From: Synechococcus sp.
GTDB taxonomy: Bacteria > Cyanobacteriota > Cyanobacteriia > Thermostichales > PCC-7336
Reading direction: 5' to 3'
Length of the DNA stretch: 64,000 nt
Assembly (NCBI GenBank): GCA_051439425.1
Contig: JBFRWD010000075.1
Span: forward strand, 14,069-78,068
The position numbers were made by a program, and so were the translations under genes. Below the pieces are notes generated by a model. It was not told the origin of the DNA. It saw nothing but the letters and a program-made list of their open reading frames with translations, and made no database searches. Shown here piece by piece: positions 46,228 to 56,190 of this stretch (the stretch's first letter is position 1; each line of letters starts with the position of its first letter).

Positions 46228-46536
46228 TTAATACACAATTCCTTGTCTGGGACTAGTACTTCTTAAGTCATGCAATCGATCGAAAATCGCGCTGTTCGGA
46301 GTGCCATCATCGACCCGAGTTGAGACGGCACTGGGCTCGCCTGCCATTTCAACCCCTTCAAGACTGCGATCTTGGCGGATTAAGGGGTTGGTCACTTGAT
46401 TTTCGCGTGAGCCCCTTTGATCTTGTAAATCAGCTAGACGATTGAGAATCCCCGAGGCATTAGCCGAGGATGCAAACAAGGCAGTAGAACCAGCGATTAC
46501 GGCTGCAGTCACTGCTAAATTTCGCAAAATAGTCAT
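46228..46536 (-). CDS. Hypothetical secreted protein
   Basis: Signal peptide ending ANA, GGAGG RBS, duplicated motif ILNRLADL / IFDRLHDL. Confidence 0.65.
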   Translation of the reverse strand: MTILRNLAVTAAVIAGSTALFASSANASGILNRLADLQDQRGSRENQVTNPLIRQDRSLEGVEMAGEPSAVSTRVDDGTPNSAIFDRLHDLRSTSPRQGIVY

Positions 46537-47114
46537 AACTTATTTTCCTCCGAAGAGAATCGATTGAATGAGTATCGACAGCTCAAGGCGGAATCGACAA
46601 CATAAAATTTTATTAACCCACTAAGATATCAAATACCGCCAGGGAAAAATGTAATTCCCGATACATACATAATACGCCATTGCGTGTGAGAGAGATCTGG
46701 GTGTGTTGCTGTCAGGAGGTGAAAAAGGCATTAGAAGTCCCTCATATTCTCGTAAGACTTTCTTAAGATTAAGTGGCCTGCGAGTTCCGCTACCTGTTAA
46801 GAGATTCAACGGTTCCAAACTAGCCAGTCTGGCCTATGGCGACCTCAAAGCAGTCGAGAGTATTTCCACTCGATGCCATATCGGTATGTCGTTCGGTTTT
46901 CTGAATTACTTTTGCTAGTTGGTTTACTAATTTCAATGGGCATGTGCAGAGCGTAAGAGCTTGTCTGCTGACTGGGCGAGCCAAACGTTGTAATTGGTGT
47001 TTCATGGGGTGCGCACCGCCATTCAAGCAGTGGCATTAAAGTGTCGTTCTCTCAGCGAGAGTCCAGGCCAATGAAGCTCGGGCTTTCATATGTCATCTTG
47101 GAGGTTAGCTGCTT

Positions 47115-48569
47115 GTGCAGGGAGCCTCTCTATTCGTGAATTTGCATCAATATCTGGAGAACTTACCGATTGACGCCGACTGGGTGGGACTGCGCCTAAT
47201 GTCCGAAACCACCACTATGCGGTCGGTGCGCGATGGAAAACCGCAGGGAAATCGCCGCCGCCGCGATCGCGGCCTGATGGTGGAAGTGTTGGCCAACGGT
47301 CAATTTGGCTATGCCTCCACCAATAATCTCTCCCCTGACAGCATCCAAGCTGCCGCCACTCGCGCCCACCAACAAGCCGTTGCCGCATCCCAATGGGCCG
47401 TTCATTCCTTCACTAGCGATGCCCGCCCCAAAGCCGTCGGTCATTACCAATCCCCTCAGCAACAACCATTAGGAGCTATGTCTGTCAAAGACCTAGTCGG
47501 GCTCCTGCAGCAATCCTGCGAACACTTGAAAGCCTCCGACCAGATCGTCAAAACAGCAGCGATGGCACAGACGGTTGAGGTGGAGCAGCAGTTTGTCAGC
47601 AGCAACGGTTCCGACATTTCCCAGCAGTTTGCGATCGTCAATACCCACTTCACGGCTACAGCTCAGGACGGAACTGTCACCCAGCAGCGGTCGGACAATG
47701 GAGACATTTCCCACTGCTACCAGGCCGGTATGGAAGTGTTTGCGGAAGCTGATGTATTGAACCGGGCTCGGCGGATTGGGGAACAGGCGATCGAGCTGCT
47801 GGAGGCGGAGGATTGCCCCGATACGCGCACTACTCTTGTGCTGGCCCCCGACCAGATGATGCTGCAGATTCACGAGAGCATCGGTCATCCGCTAGAACTC
47901 GATCGCATTTTGGGAGACGAGCGCAACTACGCCGGATCTAGCTTTGTGAAGCTATCTGACTTCGGTTCGTTGGTGTACGGTTCGCCGTTGATGAACATCA
48001 CCTTCGACCCCACCATGCCGGGAGAGTTGGCTAGCTATGCCTTTGACGATGTGGGGATACCGGCTCAGCGGGAGTATTTGATTCTGGACGGTGTGTTGCT
48101 GCGAGGGTTGGGCAGTATCGAAAGCCAACTGCGGTCTGGAGTGCCGGGGGTGGCCAATTCCCGTGCCTGTTCGTGGAATCGCCCGCCGATCGATCGCATG
48201 GCAAACCTAAACCTAGAGCCGGGAGATACCAGCTTCGATGACATCATTAGCTCGATCGAACATGGCGTGTATATGGAATCCAATCGCTCTTGGTCGATTG
48301 ATGACTATCGCAATAAGTTTCAGTTTGGCTGCGAATACGCCAAGCTAATCGAGAATGGCAAATTGACCAAGACGCTGCGGAATCCCAACTATCGCGGCAT
48401 CAGCAATCCCTTCTGGCGCAGTTTGTCTAAAGTGGGCGATCGCAGCACGTTCGAGATGTTTGGCACGCCGTTTTGCGGCAAGGGAGAGCCCAATCAATGT
48501 ATTCGCGTCGGTCATGCATCTCCGGTCTGTGCATTCGACAATATTGAAGTGTTTGGAGGTGCGGCATGA
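47115..48569 (+). CDS. tldD: TldD metalloprotease (start may be GTG 47137)
   Basis: QIHESIGHPLELDR (HExxGH), PPIDRMANLNL, CGKGEP.Q. Confidence 0.92.
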   Translation: MQGASLFVNLHQYLENLPIDADWVGLRLMSETTTMRSVRDGKPQGNRRRRDRGLMVEVLANGQFGYASTNNLSPDSIQAAATRAHQQAVAASQWAVHSFTSDARPKAVGHYQSPQQQPLGAMSVKDLVGLLQQSCEHLKASDQIVKTAAMAQTVEVEQQFVSSNGSDISQQFAIVNTHFTATAQDGTVTQQRSDNGDISHCYQAGMEVFAEADVLNRARRIGEQAIELLEAEDCPDTRTTLVLAPDQMMLQIHESIGHPLELDRILGDERNYAGSSFVKLSDFGSLVYGSPLMNITFDPTMPGELASYAFDDVGIPAQREYLILDGVLLRGLGSIESQLRSGVPGVANSRACSWNRPPIDRMANLNLEPGDTSFDDIISSIEHGVYMESNRSWSIDDYRNKFQFGCEYAKLIENGKLTKTLRNPNYRGISNPFWRSLSKVGDRSTFEMFGTPFCGKGEPNQCIRVGHASPVCAFDNIEVFGGAA

Positions 48570-49909
48570 GTTTGGGGGAGATTGGAGCTTGGGAATCGAG
48601 TTTTGGTTCGTTGTGTGACGACGCCATCTCGGCACTGCAGGGAGACGAGCAGCTGGCGATCGAGCTAAGTGGTGAAGCCAGTCATTTCATGCGGCTCAAT
48701 AACGGTCGAGTGCGCCAGACGGGAACGGTCACGGATGGGGCGGTGACGCTTCAACTCATGCATCGCGATCACACCGCATCGGCTACGGTTCCGTTTACGG
48801 GTGATACCGACAGCGATCGCGCCGAAGCTTTGGAGAATCTGGAGTACTTGCGCCAAGAACTCCGGCAACTGCCTGAAGATCCGTACATTGTCTTACCCGA
48901 AAATTCCGGTAGCAGTCGCGAAGTCTTTCACGGTCAGCTATTGCCTCCCGAGCAAGTGGCGGCGGAAATTCTGCCATCCGTCCAGGGGATTGATTTCACC
49001 GGCATCTATGCGTCTGGAGCCGTAGTGAGAGCGACGGGCAACTCTGCCGGTCAGCGCCATTGGTTTGCGACCGAGACGTTTAATTTGGATTATTCGGCGA
49101 TCGCCCCATCCGAAAAAGCCGTCAAATCGACGCTGGCAGGACAAGTGTGGGATCGGGACAAGTTTGAAGCGCAGATTCAGCGATCGCGCACTCAGCTAGA
49201 GGTGATGGATCGTCAGCCCCATCAGGTGCAACCGGGACAGTACCGCACCTATTTCGCGCCGGCCGCAACTGCAGAGCTGGTAGGGATGTTGTCATGGGGA
49301 GCAGTGAGTGAAGCGTCAATGCGCCAGGGGGCAAGTGCGTTGGCCAAATTACGGGAAGGCAAATCGCTGTCGTCTAAATTCACCTTGGTGGAGGATTTTA
49401 GTCAGGGGACGGTGCCCCGCTTTAACCAACTGGGCGAAGTGACGGCGGAAGAGGTGCCGATCGTTGTGGATGGGGAGTTGAAGAATACTCTGGTGAGTAC
49501 CCGTACAGCGAAGGAGTATGGGGTAAAGGGCAATGCGGCAGGTGGCCGAGAAGGGATGCGGGCTCCCCGGATGGCAGTAGGGTCTTTGGCTCAGGATGAT
49601 GTGTTGACAGCGATCGATCGCGGCTTGTATCTCTCAAATTTGCACTATCTCAATTGGAGCGATCGCACGGGGGGACGGGTGACGGGGATGACTCGCTATG
49701 CCTGTTTCTGGGTGGAGGATGGCGAGATTCAAGCGCCGATTCAGGATTTGAGATTTGATGACAGTCTTTACTCGTTTTGGGGAGAGAACTTAGTCGATTT
49801 GACGACGGTGGCTGAGTTTGTACCGGAGGTGGGGACCTACGAACGGCGATCGCTGGGGGGGTCGATGGTGCCGGGGATGTTGGTGAAAGACTTCACGTTT
49901 ACGCTGTGA
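48566..49909 (+). CDS. TldE/PmbA family subunit
   Basis: Overlaps tldD. PGQYRTYFAPAA, TGMTRYACFWVE, LRFDDS. Lacks HExxH. Confidence 0.88.
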   Translation: MSLGEIGAWESSFGSLCDDAISALQGDEQLAIELSGEASHFMRLNNGRVRQTGTVTDGAVTLQLMHRDHTASATVPFTGDTDSDRAEALENLEYLRQELRQLPEDPYIVLPENSGSSREVFHGQLLPPEQVAAEILPSVQGIDFTGIYASGAVVRATGNSAGQRHWFATETFNLDYSAIAPSEKAVKSTLAGQVWDRDKFEAQIQRSRTQLEVMDRQPHQVQPGQYRTYFAPAATAELVGMLSWGAVSEASMRQGASALAKLREGKSLSSKFTLVEDFSQGTVPRFNQLGEVTAEEVPIVVDGELKNTLVSTRTAKEYGVKGNAAGGREGMRAPRMAVGSLAQDDVLTAIDRGLYLSNLHYLNWSDRTGGRVTGMTRYACFWVEDGEIQAPIQDLRFDDSLYSFWGENLVDLTTVAEFVPEVGTYERRSLGGSMVPGMLVKDFTFTL

Positions 49910-50047
49910 TTGCCCAAACAGCGGCAGGTGACAAATTTCCGAGATGTCGCATAGTCCTAGGCATGGTTGAGGGCGATCCTCTTTTGAAGAGTTGAGGATC
50001 GCTTTATGGAGTAATGGCTACGCTAAGCGATCGTGCCGAACTGTGGC

Positions 50048-50371
50048 TCACAAGACCTCTTTCAAGGCATCGCTAAATTCCTCATACGGCTTTACTCCCA
50101 CAACCGTTTTGACCAATTCCCCCTGCTTGAAATACATAACAGCGGGAATGCTTCTAATGCCAAATCGCTTGGCCAAAGATTGATTCTCGTCCAAATCTAA
50201 TTTGAAGACCTTGGCACTATCTGAATATTCCCCTGCCAACTGGTCCATCAAAGGGCCTACCACTTTACAAGGACCGCACCAAGGGGCAGTAAAGTCTACG
50301 ACCAGTAAGGGTTCGCTTGCTAACAAACTATCAAATTCGGTCTCGTCTTTAATAAACGCAGTTGCACCCAC
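50048..50371 (-). CDS. Thioredoxin
   Basis: WCGPC. Confidence 0.95.
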   Translation of the reverse strand: MGATAFIKDETEFDSLLASEPLLVVDFTAPWCGPCKVVGPLMDQLAGEYSDSAKVFKLDLDENQSLAKRFGIRSIPAVMYFKQGELVKTVVGVKPYEEFSDALKEVL

Positions 50372-50592
50372 AATCTATCTCCTGATATCAATATTTGTTT
50401 GCCAAGTCGAATGAAATTGGCAATTCAAACTAGCCAGCTGTGAGAGCAAAGTGCCTCCACATGCAAGCGCTTAGGCAGTATAGTATTTACCATTTCAGTT
50501 AGGACAGAGTTTTCCGATCGCAGTCAGGTTTAGACATAGCTGAAATGTCTGCCGTGGTATGGACACTGCGATAAAAACGACTCGCTCCAGGC

Positions 50593-50880
50593 TTATTTGC
50601 CACCGTAATAGAAGGCAACTTCCTTATCCTTCAAAGGCGCAAAATCTGCATCTACCAACCGAGCATTCAACTCATCCAAACTCAAATGCTTTGCCCCAAT
50701 CCGCACGATGCGCGATCGCATACTATTGCTGACTCCGCTGCGCTTGCGATTGGCTTCTAGCCCCATCACATCGTTATACAAACTCAGTTTCTTCTCGGGA
50801 ATCGGCGACCCGTCCAGATCGACCCCTTTCGCGATCGCCGAATCAACCGCTTCCGCCCCAGACAATTCTTTGTCCGCCAT
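50593..50880 (-). CDS. Ssr1528/DUF4090 family protein
   Basis: GAEAVDSAIAKGVDLDGSPIP..KL.LY..VM.LEA.R.RSGV.NSMRSRIVRIGAKH...LKDKE.AFYY. Confidence 0.85.
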   Translation of the reverse strand: MADKELSGAEAVDSAIAKGVDLDGSPIPEKKLSLYNDVMGLEANRKRSGVSNSMRSRIVRIGAKHLSLDELNARLVDADFAPLKDKEVAFYYGGK

Positions 50881-50960
50881 CGTCAACAAGCCTCTAGGTA
50901 ATGTCGGCCCCACTGTAAGCGATCGCTACTCCTCCAGCAAAGGACCGTGTCAGGCAGAGC

Positions 50961-51599
50961 TTACGCAGCAATCGCCTCAAGACAAGCGGGTAGCTGGCAT
51001 GGCGCATCGAGCAAGACTTCGGCCCCCGACTGCTGCAATTCCTGCGCACTTCCGAAGCCCCACAAGACACCAATGGTTCGAGCCCCTACGGCTTGTCCCG
51101 CCAGAGCATCGTGGGAGCGATCGCCCACCATCACTAAACGGAGATCGCGTTCTGTCGCCAAAATCTCCTCTAGTAACTCGTGCTTTTGTCGCTGCAGCCC
51201 GCAACCCAAAATATCGATAAAGTATTGCTGCAACTCGAAGTATTCCACCACTGCCCTCGCGATCGCGGGGCCTTTGCCCGTCGCAATGTACAGCCTGTAA
51301 TTATCTGCGACCAAAGCCTCCAACACATCGCGAATACCGTCAAACAGCACGTTCTCTTGATAACCGATGGAATTATAGCGATCGCGATAGTGACCGATTG
51401 CCTGCTGGATAGTGGCGGTATCGCTGGTGTCCAACAAATCGATGAAAATACTCGGAAGGGGTGGACCGATATATCGGGTTAAGGTGTCGGGATTGCGCTC
51501 CGCAACGCCGAGTTTGTTGAGGGCGTAGTTGAGCGATGCTGCGATTCCTTTGGCCGGATCGCTTAAGGTTCCATCTAGGTCGAATGCAATGACTGTCAT
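50961..51599 (-). CDS. HAD-family phosphatase
   Basis: FDLDGTL, IGPPL, MVGDRSHD, GVLWGFG. Confidence 0.9.
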   Translation of the reverse strand: MTVIAFDLDGTLSDPAKGIAASLNYALNKLGVAERNPDTLTRYIGPPLPSIFIDLLDTSDTATIQQAIGHYRDRYNSIGYQENVLFDGIRDVLEALVADNYRLYIATGKGPAIARAVVEYFELQQYFIDILGCGLQRQKHELLEEILATERDLRLVMVGDRSHDALAGQAVGARTIGVLWGFGSAQELQQSGAEVLLDAPCQLPACLEAIAA

Positions 51600-51724
51600 C
51601 GTGGCACGGCAACCCGCTGTAAGGTCAAGAGGTATAAGGTGTTGTCAGTTTTTGCGGAGCACAAAGTAATCAGTTTGAGAATCTGCTGAGTGGTGGTCTA
51701 CCGCGATCTCAAGGAGCTATACAT

Positions 51725-51979
51725 CTAGCGGCGAGAACGCGGCTTGTTTTGGGTGGGGCAATAGGCCCGGTTAACGTCGGGCGATCGCATTTGTTTGTGC
51801 TTGGTTTTGCGACCGCTGACCCGCTTGCGCCACATGCGAAACGATGACGACTTCATTTCCCGCCGCATTAGCTTAATCACCTCGCCTTCGCTGAGGCCGT
51901 ACAGCTCCTCAATCGCTTCAAATGGGGTGCGATCTTCCCATGCCATCTCCACAATGCGCGAGATATCCGCTGCGTCCAC
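51725..51979 (-). CDS. DUF2805/TIGR03643 family protein
   Basis: RIVEMAWEDRTPFEAI...SSFRMWRKRVSGRKTKH. Confidence 0.85.
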   Translation of the reverse strand: MDAADISRIVEMAWEDRTPFEAIEELYGLSEGEVIKLMRREMKSSSFRMWRKRVSGRKTKHKQMRSPDVNRAYCPTQNKPRSRR

Positions 51980-52075
51980 TCCATTACTCCGTCGCTTGCA
52001 TCAACCGCCATCATAAATGCAGGTATTACAAAGTGAGTGTGCGAGGCACGCCGTGAGAAAACAGGGGCACATTAG

Positions 52076-52723
52076 GTGAACGCTACGATCCCACCTCAGA
52101 TGATCGCCAGTACCGGAACAAACCAGCACAATCGACTCGAACAATCCGCTCAGAGACTGCTCTCCGCCACCGGAGTCCTAGAAGCATTAAGCCAAGTGGG
52201 TGAAGTCAAGATTCACGGTGCCCTTCAGTTGCGAACAATGGCTTGGCCCGAGATCGATCTCTATTTGGGAGTAGCTGGAATACCGACGATGGCGAATGCC
52301 GCCGCTGTCATCATGAATCTCAGCAACTGTATAGCCATTCGTGATGCGCACATCATCAATCAAGTCGAATTCTCTCCTCGCTTTGCATACCCAGAAACCC
52401 TCTTGCTGGATTTCACACTTGGCTGGGAACGCGTCGAGTGGAAATTGGACATTGCCCTACTGCCAAGCAAGCGACTATCTGAAGTATCCACTTATAACAG
52501 CAAACTCCTGACAGTGATGACCGATCTGCAACGACGGACAATCGTTGAAATCAAGCGTCAAGCCATCGAATCCCCACACTACAAACGAAATAACTGGGTC
52601 TACGTTCGAGACAAGAATTGTTTCTATTCGCATGATGTTTATCTGGCAGTGATCAATGGCCATGCAAAGTCATATGAAGAATTCCGCAAAGTCTTGAAAT
52701 TAACTCGAAATATTACGCTTTAG
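52076..52723 (+). CDS. Hypothetical protein, possibly Pol-beta nucleotidyltransferase-like fold
   Basis: GEVKIHGALQLRTMAWPEIDLY and WKLDI resemble a degenerate hG[GS]x9-13DhD motif plus third acidic residue. Confidence 0.5.
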   Translation: MNATIPPQMIASTGTNQHNRLEQSAQRLLSATGVLEALSQVGEVKIHGALQLRTMAWPEIDLYLGVAGIPTMANAAAVIMNLSNCIAIRDAHIINQVEFSPRFAYPETLLLDFTLGWERVEWKLDIALLPSKRLSEVSTYNSKLLTVMTDLQRRTIVEIKRQAIESPHYKRNNWVYVRDKNCFYSHDVYLAVINGHAKSYEEFRKVLKLTRNITL

Positions 52724-52735
52724 ATGGCAAAAATT

Positions 52736-54769
52736 TTAGTCTGGCTCTAACAATTGATTACTGTCGATCCGGACAAATCTTGCACCCCGCTCTTTGGCAC
52801 GACGTACCATATCCTCCGTTCCTCCAGGTCCGTCCCCCGATTGACCGTTCCACAATGCAATCAGGGTGATGTCATCCTGCGATCGCTGCAGCGCCGAATA
52901 GAGTATCCATAGGTTGCTGCGTTCCCAAAAGCTGTAGTTTTCTTTGGCCCGCAGCCAACTGGGTAGCCGCTGCTCTGCGGAGAGTGCGCTAAAGTTTTGG
53001 TCTTGATTGAGATAACGGACAACCGACTGAGGCGTCTCGACCAATCCCTTGAATCGCTCCACCCAATTCCCTTCATCCGCAATTACCGAAGCACGAATGT
53101 AATCGGTCTGCGGACAGGCCAGCAGAATTTCAGTTGGAATTCCTTCCTCACGGCAGACCTCGTGAAACAAAATATCTCCCCCCGATGCTGCTCCAGCTAT
53201 ACCCAGCAGTTTCCTGGGGCGATCTCGGTTTTCAACCGTTTGCTTGATGGCTAGAACGCGATCGCGAATCAACTCGCGGGCCTGTGGTGCACAGCGGTTT
53301 GGAAAGCGAGGGGAGGGGCGATCGGTGGTATCCACTCGATGACCGGTAAATAGCACCACATGCGGATTGTCCTCTACCTGCTGTTCTGGCAGATATCCCT
53401 TGGCCTGTTGGAATGCCGCCATCGCCGCCGCCGTATTGTGCGAGAACACCCCCAATGATTGATAAATCTTGAGCTGTCTGGTTTCCACATCAAAGCTAAA
53501 CGAATCTGGCTGCAGCAGGACTTGACGAAAGGCTTTGGCCACCACCTGAGGTTTCTGTGACATTAGCAACAACACGTGAGCTTCCGACATATCTGCCCAC
53601 GCATCCCGAGTTCCCTGTCGGGCATGCCGTTGCTGGCTGGAGGCGATCGCCAATTTTACTCCCGCTGCTAGATCGGATTGATGCGTTTTCATCCGCTGTA
53701 GCTCAAACCGAGCTTCATCTTCATATTCAAACTCGGCCTCCCACAAATCCGCTTCTAGCTCTGCCAAATGCACCCAGCAACTCAACAATGCCAGTGCATT
53801 TAATCCCGAATAAAAATGACGCCGATCCTCCTCGAACCCCCTGGCATAGTTGTCAAACGTCGCTTTCAAAAACGGTGACATTAACGCCGTGCGGCGACGT
53901 TTCGACAGAGGTTCGAGGAAATTCCACTCAGCCACCCAGCGAGTTTTGGCATTGCGCCCTTTCAAGGCAAACGCTTCTGCCATCTGCCGATCGCTCATAC
54001 GCGGACTGTGCAATACCCTTTCAATCGCTTGCTCGGAACGAACGATGTTCCCGAGCCGTTCGTACACGGTGGCCAGTTGCTCGTTTGCCTCGGCATCCCC
54101 ACGATGGTAAGAGTTGCGAATCGATTCCCATGTGACTCGTGCCCCTTCAAAGTCTCTTAGCGTCATTTGGGCTCGTCCAATCATGCGCCAGCCCGCCTGC
54201 TCCCAACTCAACCCTTTTACATCCGCACAAAAGAGCTGTAGTAAAGCTGTATTGGTTCTGGCTTGAGCGTCTTCGACGTCTTCACCAAATTCAGGTGGAA
54301 CGATCGAGAGTAACGATACTTTGGCTGGAGAGAGATCCGGCAACAACTGATAGATCGGACTATCCACCCGCTGGCTATCTTGAGTTGCCTGCAAGACGTC
54401 TACCAGTCGCTCGACTTCTGCTGCAGGGGTTTGATTGTCGTAGCTGAGATAGCGGTCTGTTTTGAGGTCAAAGGGGACGGTGTCTGCCCGAGATCGAATG
54501 AGTATGGTCTGGCGATCGCGCAGCGCATGACGCACCCCCAACTCGTAAAACACGTTCGCATTGTGAATCGAAATATCTGCAATCACCAAGTCAGCAATCA
54601 GCAGTTGCTCGAACATATCGGTGCGAATGTTGCCCTGAGCCAGCAGTTCGCCGGTGGTGCCCCCTGCGATATCGAGTCGCTGTAACGCCGGATCGATTAA
54701 CTCCGTTTGAACGCGTTCGAAGTCAATGCCTTCTTTGGTGCCAAACGGGCGAACGATAAAAACTCGCAT
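52736..54769 (-). CDS. NDT-like / DUF4071 (TPR-S) / C-terminal SLOG-like protein
   Basis: VFIVRPFG...ADLVIADISIHNANVFYELGVRHAL...PFDL (ASK1/DUF4071 N-terminus), YSGLNAL (TPR-S), VVLFTGHRVD...GAASGGDILFHE...LIALWNG..GDGPGGT (SLOG). Confidence 0.8.
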   Translation of the reverse strand: MRVFIVRPFGTKEGIDFERVQTELIDPALQRLDIAGGTTGELLAQGNIRTDMFEQLLIADLVIADISIHNANVFYELGVRHALRDRQTILIRSRADTVPFDLKTDRYLSYDNQTPAAEVERLVDVLQATQDSQRVDSPIYQLLPDLSPAKVSLLSIVPPEFGEDVEDAQARTNTALLQLFCADVKGLSWEQAGWRMIGRAQMTLRDFEGARVTWESIRNSYHRGDAEANEQLATVYERLGNIVRSEQAIERVLHSPRMSDRQMAEAFALKGRNAKTRWVAEWNFLEPLSKRRRTALMSPFLKATFDNYARGFEEDRRHFYSGLNALALLSCWVHLAELEADLWEAEFEYEDEARFELQRMKTHQSDLAAGVKLAIASSQQRHARQGTRDAWADMSEAHVLLLMSQKPQVVAKAFRQVLLQPDSFSFDVETRQLKIYQSLGVFSHNTAAAMAAFQQAKGYLPEQQVEDNPHVVLFTGHRVDTTDRPSPRFPNRCAPQARELIRDRVLAIKQTVENRDRPRKLLGIAGAASGGDILFHEVCREEGIPTEILLACPQTDYIRASVIADEGNWVERFKGLVETPQSVVRYLNQDQNFSALSAEQRLPSWLRAKENYSFWERSNLWILYSALQRSQDDITLIALWNGQSGDGPGGTEDMVRRAKERGARFVRIDSNQLLEPD

Positions 54770-54880
54770 GATTCCTGCTGAATGGTAAATAGTTAGGCCG
54801 ACGATTCGAGAGCCCCTCTCCCGAGACAGATGCAGCAGTCAGTCCGTGACGGCATCAAATGCCCATGGTGCGTCCCCCCA

Positions 54881-56056
54881 TCACCCCTGCGACACAAAGC
54901 TGCCAAAATGTTTGAGGTCCATTTGCCGAGCCACTGTATCCCCAATAATCTCCAGTTGAGGTATGGCAGCGACCGAATCGAGCTTAGCAACGCTTTTGGC
55001 CTTGATGTTGGGCGTTCCAGCCTTGTCCAATCCGGCCTGAGAAATGTCGATGTTGTAGCGGGCGTAAAGAAATTTTTTGTCCAGGCCATGTTCGAGGGGA
55101 ATGAGCTGTCCGCGCTCGTCTCGCGGAATCATATCTCCCACTTCGTTGTCGATCGCATCACCGTAAACACAACGCCCCACCTGCCGACAGCAAATGTCTT
55201 GCTCGATTGCCGCCCCGTTCATCAACGCACTAATCACGCTGGGTAATGTTTGGATGATGTTGCGATCGATGGTGCGGATGTTGCTGTCTTTGCTGGGGGT
55301 CAATCCCGTTCCAATTGAAATTAGCAGCAGCTTATCTTCCCCAGTCGCCCATTTGAGGTTGTAGGCCGGTTCTGTGGCCATGCGATAGAGCACAAATGCT
55401 GGGTTGTTATAGGGAGTCATCCCCCCGTCCACAAATAGAAACGCCTTTGAATCATCTGTGGGGTCCCAGACTATCTTCTCGGGGGGAAAGAAGACGGGGG
55501 CTGCAGTGCTGGCTCGCACAATATTCCAGATGGGAATCTGCAGATTGCAATCGGGGCGACTGGTGTTGTTGTACTTGGCTAAGGGGTTACTGCTGATGGG
55601 CCAGGGAGAATCAGTGGTATGGTTGCGCGTTACGGCTAAAAGCAAACACTTGAGAAAGCGAGGAGCAAGGGTTGTGTCCTTGCCAAAAATGTCTTCAAGT
55701 TTTGTTCGCAGTGGATCGGCTTTATACAGGGAGTTGACTCGCTCCAACACAAAGCGCGGCTCGAACATCTGCGGGCCAACTTCGATATAAAAATCCAGTA
55801 ATTCTTGGGCGGTCATGCCCAGTGAAAGTCCGGCGGCAATAATGGCTCCGGTACTAGTACCGGCGATGTAATCAAAAAACTGGCAGAGGCGAAAACTGTC
55901 GTCCGCCCCTAGCGCCTCTTTCAGTAGTTGCTCCATCCGCACCAGCACTTTAAGCGGAATAATGCCTCGAATTCCGCCCCCATCTAAGGCCAGTAATTTG
56001 TGTGGCTGGCTTTCCTTTCCTTCGTAGCGGTTAGCGAGGGGACCCCAAACAGACAT
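54881..56056 (-). CDS. Patatin-like phospholipase
   Basis: LALDGGGIRG, GTSTG, RASTAAP, FVDGG. ATG at 56056 (MSVWGP). Confidence 0.92.
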   Translation of the reverse strand: MSVWGPLANRYEGKESQPHKLLALDGGGIRGIIPLKVLVRMEQLLKEALGADDSFRLCQFFDYIAGTSTGAIIAAGLSLGMTAQELLDFYIEVGPQMFEPRFVLERVNSLYKADPLRTKLEDIFGKDTTLAPRFLKCLLLAVTRNHTTDSPWPISSNPLAKYNNTSRPDCNLQIPIWNIVRASTAAPVFFPPEKIVWDPTDDSKAFLFVDGGMTPYNNPAFVLYRMATEPAYNLKWATGEDKLLLISIGTGLTPSKDSNIRTIDRNIIQTLPSVISALMNGAAIEQDICCRQVGRCVYGDAIDNEVGDMIPRDERGQLIPLEHGLDKKFLYARYNIDISQAGLDKAGTPNIKAKSVAKLDSVAAIPQLEIIGDTVARQMDLKHFGSFVSQG

Positions 56057-56190
56057 AAGCCTTTTCCAATGACATGCGCAGAACAAAGTGTAGTGCGATC
56101 GCCAGAAAATGCTAGTGAGTAATGGGTATGTTTTAAACAGATCGCTCCCCACTTGTTAGGTTCAATCAACGAAATCAACTCCGGGTTTTC

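Noticed and set aside
46228..49909. RiPP cluster (TldD/E plus small peptide)
   Set aside because: The small ORF is divergent and has a Sec signal. No YcaO or other modifying enzymes are present, and tldD/E are common housekeeping genes.
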